This document shows, in pieces, positions 19,401-26,900 of a DNA stretch of 64,000 bases (the stretch's first letter is position 1; each line of letters opens with the position of its first letter). The stretch lies in the IMG/VR virus record IMGVR_UViG_3300048587_000983. One strand, 5' to 3'. Source of the DNA: a virus. The notes beneath the pieces are model-generated. The model saw only the letters and a program-made list of their open reading frames with translations, did no database searches and had not been told where the DNA came from. Both the position numbers and the translations under genes were made by a program.

Positions 19401-19517
19401 GACGTTATCAAGCTTCATCGTGCGGATTCGCCCAGTCACCGGAAAAATCGATCGGACGGCATTTACCGCAGCACTCTTCACCGATTCAGTTTGCTGTTTG
19501 GCGTCAAAATTTCGCAT
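13491..19517 (-). CDS. rpoBC: phage DNA-directed RNA polymerase, fused beta-beta' (2008 aa)
   Basis: beta motifs YNFEDG, GDKLSGRMGNKG, LLNPHGVIGRINIGQ; beta' motifs LLNRAPSLH, NADFDGD (15447-15467), GARG, bridge helix GARRG, CGT/C/CAKC zinc site, trigger loop MRTFHTGG. Confidence 0.97.
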   Translation of the reverse strand: MRNFDAKQQTESVKSAAVNAVRSIFPVTGRIRTMKLDNVWTDDKAAPDDFSGQAKTKLREGTWGVPVYASLSLVENSTGKVIDRAEKVRLFLLPTATARSSYIVAGNEYQVNNQLRLRSGVYTIRKQNGQLKTQVNLARGRNFDLAFDERSGVFTIQKIGGGQTNIPLYPILTHLGVSPVLMAQTWGSKLEAANKNTDPKAVQRAETAFGVKKDGLREYFGKTSLPADTTKLVLGTSFERVDGPMLLAASKNLLDVQLGKKEPVDRDSLAFKEIHSVEDFIAERLEKNRTELERKIRRQVDNPRRVKISQLVNPAAFSSTVEGFFTQDDKAATPEQTNPLEMLSGGHKATFMGSGGITSRHAIKDEMRQVHPSHYGFIDPVHTPESERIGVNLHLPMGVIKDGKNLKAILKNAKTGQPEALTPIESWEKYVAFPGQKGDTVKALYRGQIVMVPVSKVDYFTPTAEALFSPSTNLVPFLPSNQGNRAMMASKMLEQAIGLKHREAPLVQVGTSTGQSMEEVVGRQVAIRAPEEGTVKKVGEDEIVLTTAGGDRKISLYNNFSLNRKSFLHHTPVVKVGERVKKDQLLAESNFTKGGTLALGTNLRAAYIPYKGYNFEDGIVISESAAEKLTSEHIHKKSYAVTPQSTLDKGLFRLNYPALLSPDNASKIGSDGVIKKGSRVRSGDIIIAAMERKNRDAQIAVISKTLADRPRDASVRWTGEDEGVVTEVVKVGGTITVFIRTEERAKIGDKLSGRMGNKGIITKILPDGQMPKDAGGGAVDILLNPHGVIGRINIGQIYESAAGKAALKAGAPYKVQNFTGQNYLGTTRKFLKENGVSDKEELFDPSTGKSLGQVHVGNPYILKLFKQSAGNFSVRQGGPGMPYDSNLQPLKTGGEEGSKSLDLLTMYSLLSHGARANLREMSSLKANVNDEYWKALRSGQQLPPPKAPFVFDKFMAYLKGAGIDVQKEGTKLTLAPLTDAQIEKMSSGGVQKAHFYHAKDFQPVKGGFFDGKIFGGLKGTKWGHLELKEPVVNPAFEEAARKLLGLSGKFDEIVAGKLFVKPDGSLTTEHTGVTGGAGIETLLKKMDVDAELKNLTRKAQNATGSKLDDMNKKLRYLSALKQTGLRPEEAYIRRKLPVLPPIYRPIYPLPTGEVATSPVNDLYQNVGVVNTVMNLPVMDLLSEDAKADVRADLYKHVKGVVGLTNTTMKGKPKDGLIAEIKGGTGGQPKEGFFISKLLSKQQDYVGRGTIIPEPSLGVDEMAMPEPMAWSLFEPFVVRELRNFGLNPLDAKEAIKKKTQTARRALDNVMKQRHVLLNRAPSLHKFSIMAFKPKITDGKAIKIPPLIVQGFNADFDGDTMTVHVPIGDEANKEAERLKPSRNLFQPGSGKLMIQPSQEAQIGLFYLSKTPAGRQSLNRFLPEKYKVTGVLDKKATGALVMKLSKELPPQDYASIVANLKAEGEKHAYERGFTLGLEDIAQFGTIRDRVVESASRAAAATTDQARLMDVNKRAANLIDKVIEKKLEGKDNPLFDMVRSGARGNSSQLRQIVATPLFMSDEKGRIIPTPIKKSYAEGLDVGDYWISMYGARRGMMDRAIQTSLPGAFSKDIMATTIGNVISKEDCGTKEGVAHKIEDTDVYDRFLAGDQGGFSHNTLVDTKVVNELKKRGLSSIKVRSPLRCLAPKGTCAKCYGLDEHGHMPEIGENIGAKAGQTISEPLVQMVMRTFHTGGAAGTGADVQGYARIDQLLQMPKQVAGAAPLAPVDGRVTKIEKGLGGGFVVTIGKDTKAHVPQGKPLRVQVGSQVRRGEPLSEGPIKPQDLVKHLGMDAAQDYLATELKKSYEGQGVNLHKKIFETVVRSMGNTTQVQNAPKGTGYLPGDVIPYTVAQHHNKNLAQDVPIEESLGFKLAESAGGLRAGHEMTPEDISRLSATVKTVKIQKDPIVHAPLLKSVRNLPLLRKDWMAALGYQQLQRALTTGASQGWSTNTSDYHPIPAFAYGAEFGKGKEGKY

Positions 19518-19545
19518 AGAAGTTGATATAAGCCTCCTGGCGGAG

Positions 19546-19564
19546 CGTTTAACTTTTCACTTTG
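19546..19564 (-). promoter_or_regulatory. candidate phage promoter element CAAAGTG-AAAAGTTAAACG
   Basis: The 12-mer AAAAGTTAAACG recurs exactly upstream of 37748; CAAAGTG-N8-AAACG recurs upstream of 36537. Confidence 0.35.
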
Positions 19565-19668
19565 AAAGGGGTTCTATAGACAAACTAGAGTAGTTTTCGT
19601 GAAAAATCACCTTTTCTTTCCGATGAGTTGTTTCTGAATGAACTGGCTTTACACAAGGAAGGCAAGCC

Positions 19669-20199
19669 ATGTCGATTAACGCTGAATTTGAAGCTGAAGT
19701 TTCGTCTGACCACGATAGTCCTTTTTCAAAAGCGCCCGGTGGAAACCCTTTCGGGGGTTTTGCGGGAGAGACGGGTGGAAACCCATTCCGCGATTCCCCC
19801 GGGGCGCAGCAGCGGAAATCGCCAAGCGGCGGATCGAAGCCGAACTTTGTGGTACGCGCGTGGCGAGTTGTGAAGGACTTCTTCGTCGGTATCGGAAGGG
19901 CTGTATTTTCACGACAGTTCTGGGTTGATTTTATAGCAACAGCGCTCCGTGATGCGCTTGCCGCTCTTGGGTATTCGATCGGCATGCGAATGGTCAAGAA
20001 AGCTGCGGCGACCGGTGACATCATCTTCCGTGACAAGAGCGGAATGGTGTCAGAGACTGAAGCAGCTGCGCAGGGTACGGCGTATGCGAGCCAGCAGTCC
20101 TGGCCGCCAAGAGCAAGGCCATCAGGTGGTTCCGTCCAGGACAATCTCATGGCTTACCCCGCTGACAGGCCGTACGCACAACGGTCGTTTGTAAACTGA
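19669..20199 (+). CDS. hypothetical protein (176 aa)
   Basis: AAGGAAGG SD; divergent from RNAP; central amphipathic helices. Confidence 0.7.
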   Translation: MSINAEFEAEVSSDHDSPFSKAPGGNPFGGFAGETGGNPFRDSPGAQQRKSPSGGSKPNFVVRAWRVVKDFFVGIGRAVFSRQFWVDFIATALRDALAALGYSIGMRMVKKAAATGDIIFRDKSGMVSETEAAAQGTAYASQQSWPPRARPSGGSVQDNLMAYPADRPYAQRSFVN

Positions 20200-20216
20200 G
20201 AAGGTTTGCGCATCGG

Positions 20217-20253
20217 TGCGCCCTGGGATCCCAGGGCGCATTCTCATTTTTTT
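20217..20253. terminator. intrinsic terminator (perfect 24-bp palindrome) between convergent genes
   Basis: TGCGCCCTGGGATCCCAGGGCGCA at 20217-20240, T-tract at 20247-20253. Confidence 0.65.
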
Positions 20254-20264
20254 AGCTATGCCCA

Positions 20265-20507
20265 TCAGTAGTTCCGCGGGCCGCCGCCCGCTTGAACAGG
20301 CTTCACCTCAGGCGAATCGGTAAGCTTTCCGAGTCCGTAAAGACCGCCTCCAGCAGCGATGGTGCCAAGCGCCGCCTTCTGCTTGAGTTTAAAAAGAGGA
20401 CTTTTGCTCGTTCGCTTGTACCAGTGAAGAGGCATCATAAGGCCCTCAGCCATGCCCGCAGCGAGCTTTTCCTCAAACGCTTTCAGAGCAATGTTCTTTC
20501 CTGCCAT
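20265..20507 (-). CDS. small hypothetical protein with AFEEKLA motif variant and a Gly-rich hydrophobic segment
   Basis: MAGKNIALKAFEEKLAAG; ALGTIAAGGGLYGLG. Confidence 0.62.
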   Translation of the reverse strand: MAGKNIALKAFEEKLAAGMAEGLMMPLHWYKRTSKSPLFKLKQKAALGTIAAGGGLYGLGKLTDSPEVKPVQAGGGPRNY

Positions 20508-20701
20508 GTCACCACCAGCTCCAAGTGATCCTGAATCGAGGTGATGCGCCCTGTGTCCGGGTCCATCTCCCGATTCGATATTTTTTCCTTGATGCGGTCG
20601 AGGATCTGCGCGTTTGGGTTATTCAGGATCGCCTCGTACTCTGCGCAGTCCTCTTTGTCATTGAGGTTGAACCGCTTTACAAATTTTCTTGTCGTATACA
20701 T
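20483..20701 (-). CDS. hypothetical protein (72 aa)
   Basis: Start coupled to the portal stop at 20701. Confidence 0.65.
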   Translation of the reverse strand: MYTTRKFVKRFNLNDKEDCAEYEAILNNPNAQILDRIKEKISNREMDPDTGRITSIQDHLELVVTWQERTLL

Positions 20702-22731
20702 TAAACCGCTCCCTGCCGCCGCGGAACCTTCTGCTCAGGCAAAGGGTCCATGCCTACGCCGCCACCACTGGGCGCTGGCGTGGGAGAGCCTGCACCACCT
20801 TGCATCGGCGCGGCTTCGCCCGAGCCCTCAGCGCGCAGCTGATTGAGACGGGTTTCGATACGCTGACCAACCTCGGGCATTTTTTGTTTCACCTCGGAGA
20901 GCGTAAGGGCGGCTTCACCGGGCGAAAGGCTCATCAACTGGCGAGCCCAGGAATCGACTTTCGAGTCGATTTGCTGACCAAGAGCCTTGTCTTCCTTGCC
21001 GCCGGCAGCCGCTCCACCTGCTGTGCCCGGCAGGCCTTGAGCCGTAGCAGCGCCGGGTGCGCCCCCTCCAGCTCCGCCTCCAGGGCCGGCAGGTCCGCCT
21101 GCAGAGGGGTCACCGCCGCCGGGTGCATTTGGATCAGTTGGCTGATCGAGGGGACCAGGAATCCCAAGCCTCTGAGCCCGCTCCTGTGCAGCCACCTGGG
21201 CCTTCTCGGAAAGCTCCTGAAGTGTCTGCTGATAATTAAACTGAATGAGCGAGGCCTCACCCTGCGAGCGTGCACCTGATTTGCTTTGTAGATCCATGAT
21301 GTAGTTCTGGACATGCTGCTCTTCGATAAGTTTTTTGGTTTCCGACTCGTAGTCGTAGCCGAGTTCTGTGAGAAGAGTTTGGTCGCTGATCTTCCGCTGA
21401 GCGTTAAGCCCGATGAGCTGCTGATTCCTTTGAATATCGTCAGCCATACGAAAGTCGGAGAACCGGATATCCTTTACGTCAGAGAGGTTGAGCCATGTGC
21501 GCAGCTTGTCTTTCAGCCAAAGAGTAAAATCAAGAAGCTGGCTTCTATTCTGGATAAAGTCGTTCTCGAGCGTCCGAAGCGAAACGCTCGACCCTGTCCA
21601 GTTGAGACCACCAAAGAGGAACTCCTGCGGAAGCCCGAGCCCACCGACAACTGTCTGCGTGATGTAGTTGATTTCAGGCGCGAGGAGGAGCGCTTTTCCG
21701 TCACCACCAAGTCGCCCAAAGCCAATCGGGATAGGGATAACACCTTTGAAGTTGGGATCGCGGCGGTGCTTTGTGATGACGTTTTCAACCTGCTGCCGCC
21801 AGCTGGCAAGGTCCGTATGAATGTAGGGGTCCTGCTGCGCGTTTGGAAGCGGGTAGATCATATCGAAGGGGACGATATGCTCCATCGCAATCGCTTCCTG
21901 CGCACGCCTGAGGGTATAGAGGTAATACATATCCTTCAGGACGTGGATGATTGCAGGCTTGCCCCAGCCCTGGTCCTGCTCAGCCAGTGTCGGAGCTTTC
22001 AGGTGTTTGATGTTATCTGAGTTGAAGCGAATCATCCGGCGGTTTTTAAGAGCTTCAAGGACGATGATGGGAATGTCCTCGATGATGTCCTTGTCGCCGC
22101 GAAGGATGGCATTACGAAGCTTTCCGGGCACCGAGTACATATAGATGTAGCGGCCCGTATATTCGTTGAACTTGATGTGGATATTTTCAGGGTTCCAGCG
22201 GACTATCCGGATCCCTTTTCTACTTCGATAAGGGACGTCTTTTACGGTCACCTGCCCCGTGTGGTTGCAGCGTGAACAGGTCCCCGAGAACTGATAGTCG
22301 GCCCCGCGAAACGTCCAGTCCCATTGGCGAATAGGCTGGCTGTTGCGACATTCCTTACAGACGAGAAACCGCGTGAAAGGGAAGTGGATACTGACGAACG
22401 CGTTGCCGTAAGTATGGTAGTCGAGGTTAATCTCCATGAGCTTGTCTTTGATGAAAAGCTCTTTGTTGAGAATCTTGTCCCAGACGTTACGGTTGCTCTC
22501 CTGGTCGTCCTCGATGATAAGGTCTGTGATCGGGTACCGCGAAACCTTCTTCATCGCAGCCCCGATGAGGGGGCTGTTGTAGTAGTAGTAGGTGCACCAG
22601 CGGAAAAGCTCCTTGATCGTCGGCGGCATGTACTGCTGCGCGAGGTCAAAGAACTGGTTTGGATACCGCTGGCCCCTCATGTCTCCGAGGGCAAGCGAGG
22701 GCTCGGCCAGGCGTTCCTGTGGGTTGGTCAT
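20701..22731 (-). CDS. putative portal protein (676 aa)
   Basis: Size and helical/beta pattern typical of large-phage portals (YYNSPLIGAAM, RWNPENI, WGKPAII, FSDFRMADD); CxxC...CxxC insert; Pro/Gly C-tail. Assigned by pattern, not by search. Confidence 0.62.
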   Translation of the reverse strand: MTNPQERLAEPSLALGDMRGQRYPNQFFDLAQQYMPPTIKELFRWCTYYYYNSPLIGAAMKKVSRYPITDLIIEDDQESNRNVWDKILNKELFIKDKLMEINLDYHTYGNAFVSIHFPFTRFLVCKECRNSQPIRQWDWTFRGADYQFSGTCSRCNHTGQVTVKDVPYRSRKGIRIVRWNPENIHIKFNEYTGRYIYMYSVPGKLRNAILRGDKDIIEDIPIIVLEALKNRRMIRFNSDNIKHLKAPTLAEQDQGWGKPAIIHVLKDMYYLYTLRRAQEAIAMEHIVPFDMIYPLPNAQQDPYIHTDLASWRQQVENVITKHRRDPNFKGVIPIPIGFGRLGGDGKALLLAPEINYITQTVVGGLGLPQEFLFGGLNWTGSSVSLRTLENDFIQNRSQLLDFTLWLKDKLRTWLNLSDVKDIRFSDFRMADDIQRNQQLIGLNAQRKISDQTLLTELGYDYESETKKLIEEQHVQNYIMDLQSKSGARSQGEASLIQFNYQQTLQELSEKAQVAAQERAQRLGIPGPLDQPTDPNAPGGGDPSAGGPAGPGGGAGGGAPGAATAQGLPGTAGGAAAGGKEDKALGQQIDSKVDSWARQLMSLSPGEAALTLSEVKQKMPEVGQRIETRLNQLRAEGSGEAAPMQGGAGSPTPAPSGGGVGMDPLPEQKVPRRQGAV

Positions 22732-23567
22732 TCGCGGTACTCCAAGGGATAGCGATAATCAAGGTCCACCAGAATATCAGTCAGAAACTGATAGGCGAGG
22801 TAGGGCACTTCGATTTCGCGTGAGAATTGAACCTCTTTTATTTCAAACTGTATCAGGGCCCCCTGGAGGACCGGAACCGAAAAGCGACCGTCCGGCCCTG
22901 TGAGAAAGCGGAGCTTGTGCCGCGTAATTTGCGGAACCTTTCCCTGAGCCTGTGGGTAGCGGATAAGCTGTATTGAGATCTCGGCGTCCGGGTACCGCAC
23001 ACCCTGAAGATCAGTCACGATACCTTCAAGGACACAGACGGCGCCGGTGTAGGCGACCGCCTGCCGATAGCTCGTCTTCAGGCTCTCATTGCCAAAGCTA
23101 TCGACCGTTACGATCGCATAGAAATCCTCGGGAACTCCGTCGGAATCGGCCCACTCGACCATTTCCTCAGGGTCCTCAAGCGCATCGACTTCGGCAACGA
23201 GAAGATCCTCTGATTTTTCCGTGATCGTGCGCGCTGTGAGCTGAAGATCGGCCAACGCGGTCCCGCCCGTGATCTGCACAGAGCCCGGCGCACTTCTGAT
23301 ATTCGAGCGCACGAAAAAATAAGCGCTGTCGGCGTTTGACGCGAAAGCCTTGCCGCCCGTGAGAACGGCATTTATCTGATCGACCGCGCTCGCCGTGCCG
23401 GAGAACGTTATGGTTTGCGTCGAGCCGCCGTTGAGTTTCAGGGAGAGGGTTTTGCCGACGAGAGCCGATGGCAGTGCCGCAAGCGCCCTGAAACCGATCA
23501 TGCTGCGGTAGACCTTGTAGCTGGCGACATCTGACCCGGGGAAAGGGGCCCACCGAAGGTTAATCAC
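22728..23567 (-). CDS. virion structural protein with a C-terminal prealbumin/carboxypeptidase-regulatory-like domain
   Basis: CVLEGIVTDLQG...TGPDGRFSVPV resembles the C-terminus of 32273..32890. Confidence 0.72.
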   Translation of the reverse strand: MINLRWAPFPGSDVASYKVYRSMIGFRALAALPSALVGKTLSLKLNGGSTQTITFSGTASAVDQINAVLTGGKAFASNADSAYFFVRSNIRSAPGSVQITGGTALADLQLTARTITEKSEDLLVAEVDALEDPEEMVEWADSDGVPEDFYAIVTVDSFGNESLKTSYRQAVAYTGAVCVLEGIVTDLQGVRYPDAEISIQLIRYPQAQGKVPQITRHKLRFLTGPDGRFSVPVLQGALIQFEIKEVQFSREIEVPYLAYQFLTDILVDLDYRYPLEYRE

Positions 23568-23731
23568 GGAATGTCCTCCTCAGGCGGCAAGGCCACGGTA
23601 AAACCCACTACAGGCGGGTTGATGTAGTAAACATCGAAATATCGAATCTGTGGCCCGATCTGCCCGAAGTCATGGCCGATCCCGGCACCATCCATAAACG
23701 TCACGACCGTGTTGGACGGAAGAATCTTCAT
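23564..23731 (-). CDS. 55-aa protein missed by the ORF track
   Basis: MKILPSNTVV...EEDIP; ATGA overlap at 23728-23731 and GTGA overlap at 23564-23567. Confidence 0.6.
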   Translation of the reverse strand: MKILPSNTVVTFMDGAGIGHDFGQIGPQIRYFDVYYINPPVVGFTVALPPEEDIP

Positions 23732-23985
23732 ACGAACTCCGTTGTGCCCTCGTCCTCGTTGAGATCGAAAATCGTTTTGTGGTTCTGGCGCACAACGCCG
23801 TTGGGCCAGCGAGCCTGCTGGATTCGGCTCAGCGATTCAAAAAACGCCCGCGCCCTCACACCCTCCAGAATGATCTCGCCGATCGTGGTCGTATCACCCT
23901 CGTCGCGGAAGGTGATGGTTAGGACGCCCGTGTTTTCGTCGGTCGAGTGCCTCGTTATAAATTTGGTGAGCGTCGTGAAGTCCAT
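23728..23985 (-). CDS. hypothetical protein (85 aa)
   Basis: Starts 2 nt after the long fibre gene; coupled to the next ORF. Confidence 0.62.
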   Translation of the reverse strand: MDFTTLTKFITRHSTDENTGVLTITFRDEGDTTTIGEIILEGVRARAFFESLSRIQQARWPNGVVRQNHKTIFDLNEDEGTTEFV

Positions 23986-23986
23986 G

Positions 23987-26900
23987 TCACCCCACAGTTA
24001 TGAAAGCGGAGCGCCCGGAGATGTCGGTCGCGCCATCATTGATAAGCATCTCGATATAGTAGCTTCGATCCGCGGCGGGCGGGACGAACGGCATGCTGAA
24101 GGCGAAGACGCCGTCTGCATTCGGCGAGGCGAGGTTCGCCTCCCAAAGAAGAGCGCCTTCGGTGCTCTTGACCTTGATGCGTGCATTGCTCGCCGAAAGG
24201 AAGGGTGCTCCGTTCTTTTCAAGCCAGACTATGACTTCCTGCGTTTCATCGCTGGAGTTCAGCGTCGTGGACATCCTGCAGAAGGCGGTGTTGATCGTGA
24301 TTTCCTCAACATCCTCTTTCGTTGCAAGGTCTGAGATATCAGGCCCGAAGCTCTGAGGATCCTGCGTAATCGTCCGGCTCGGGTAGGTCCAGATTTCGGC
24401 TGCAGTAGCGCCCCCGCCCCCGCCACCGCACACGTTGTCGATCTCGCTTAGGATATTCGCCTCGACCGTCGAAAGCTGCGAGCCTGTTGCAGGGTCGCTT
24501 GTGATCTGATCGGTTTTGGCCTTCACAAGATTCACCGTCGCCTGGAGCGTATTGAGCTTGGCTTCGTTCTGATTGATCTCGGAGGTCAAAGCCGTTTGAG
24601 TGCTCGACAGCTGGGCCGTAGTGGCCAGAGGGGCGAGGTCCGCGGCCTGTACCGTGCCTCTTGTCGATACCGCGACGTCGAGCCTTGTAAGACGCACATC
24701 GCTGGCCAGGACCGGATTTGTCGGACGCGCGAGAACGCTCGTCTCCTTCGCCGGATCTGGCGGGAGGTTGTCTGTCTTGGACTTGATGCCGGTGGCCTTG
24801 AGGTCGAGGTTGGCGATGGCTATCGACTGAGCCGAGAAGCCGCCTGTCACAACGGAAGCGGAAACCGGATCGGACGGCAGGTTGGTCGTTTTCGCCTGGA
24901 TGGCGGATACGTCGGCCTGCATCGCATTGACGAGAATCTGCGTCTGATTGTCACCCGAGGTGATGAGTCCTGCCAGCGAGCTCACGGTGGACTCCTGAGC
25001 CACACCGGCGAGAGCGGAAGCGACCTGTGAAGCCGTTGCGCGGGTCGAGACCTGGGCATCGAGCATGTCGGCCACACGTTTGCCGAGAGAGCCGTTTACG
25101 GTCGCCTGCGAAGCCAGATGATCCCAGATGGCCTTGACCGAGGCCGCGGGCAAGCTGAAGCTCGTCAGCTCGCGCGTGCCGTAACTCCAGACGCTGGCGG
25201 CGTCGAGGATCGAGCGGCTCGAAATCGTTGCGTCGAGGTTGTTGAGCCGCGGGTCGTTGGTCTTCATGATAGGCGTAAAGTCGATCTTGTCGTAGATCGC
25301 CGTGTTGTTGCGGTTGTCAGGACCAACGATGTAGTCCCGCGTCAGGTCGAGACGGGTCTGAATCTCATTGATGTCAGGGCGCGTCAACACAGTGGCGTTG
25401 ACAGCCGAGACCGAGGCCAGCGTTGCCGGATCGTTCGGTATCAGATCGGTCCGGGCCTTGATGTTGATGAGAAGCAGCTCGTTGGCGTCAATTTCGCCGA
25501 TGATCTGGCTTTGGCCTGTTTTGATGGCTGCAAGCCCGTACACTCCGGAGTTCACGGCGAGGTTTGTGTTGGTGACGGTGCCTTGAACACTTGTCAGCTG
25601 GGCCTGAATCGAGTTGAGATCGCTCTCAAACTCTGTGATTTCAGTGACCGCCGGTACATAGCGCGTTGCCCCGTTCTCGATCACGGTCGCCTCAACGAGA
25701 GCCTGATATTCGTCCGTTCCCGAGGTTATGCTAAAATTATAGTAGTAAGCCCCCACTTTGACTCCGTCGGGCGTCATCGCAGCTCCCGCCACGATGTCGA
25801 TGCCTGTGTCGAGTCTACGTATCCTTATTGTGGGGGTGCTATCCGGGGCCTCAGCGTGCCCCGTCTCATCATAGAGCCGCAGGTGGAACTGGTAGGTTTT
25901 GGTTCCACTCGTCGGCTTCACCAGCCTCTCAGGAACAATAAACCGCACCGTTGTATTGTTTTGAATCGTCCCGATCTGGGCGGCGACGGCGTCGACCTTT
26001 GTTTCGACGACATTGATTTCGCCTATGATGCTCGACTCGGCGGCGGTCAGCTGCGTGGCCAGAGCCTCGATCAAAATCTGATTCTGATCAATCTCGCTTT
26101 TCAGCAGAGCTGTCTGCGAGCCGACGTAAGGTATGATGGCGTCGATCTTCGTCTCGTTCCCGTTGACCTCTGCTATGACAGCCAGTTCACTGTCGCCGAT
26201 CGCGCCGAAAATCTGCGACAGACCGTAGGTGGGGCTGTTGAGCTCGGCCAGGGTCGAGAGCGCGGATTGCCGGATGACCTGGACATAGTTGCCGAAGGTG
26301 TTCGGAAGGTTGTGTGGTGCGACAAGAGCGTCCCATACCGCAGCGGCGATTCCGGTTGGGGTCGAAGCTGTAAGGCTGCCGAGAGCCTCCCCCGTTGATC
26401 CAGGCGATGTGTGAGCAGAGAGCAGCTCATCCCATACTTCATCAACCACAGCGGCTCTGGATGCTGACGACAACGCGTAGTCCGTCTTATCCGAGACGAC
26501 CTGCGCATTCGCGTTGACATTGGAACCGGTGAAGGTCAGCTGATCGGTTTTGACTTTGATTGCGGTGACGTCGGCCGCTGTGGAGTCCGCGACGGCTTTA
26601 ACCGCAGCGATATCAGCAGAGACGGTCGAGACCGGCGTCCCAATCTTCGTTTGAATGTCATCCGTATCGGCCTGCACACCGGCAATATCGGAGGTCAAAT
26701 CGTTGAACCTTGTGAGCGCATCGGACTCAGCCTGCCGAGTGGAGACATCAACATCGAGCCGCTTGCCAAAGCTCCCTGCTGCTGTGTGACCAGCCTGGAG
26801 CTCATCCCAAACGGCATCGACCAGCTGGGCCTCGGCCGCCGGAGAGAGAACGACACCGCTCGTCCCCGTATCATCGAGAATCGCTGCAGTGTCCGCTTTC

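Noticed and set aside
13491-19517. Possibility that this is a bacterial chromosomal rpoBC locus
   Set aside because: No rplL/rpsL/nusG neighbours, the gene is much shorter than cellular fusions, and it is flanked by portal, spike and terminase genes.
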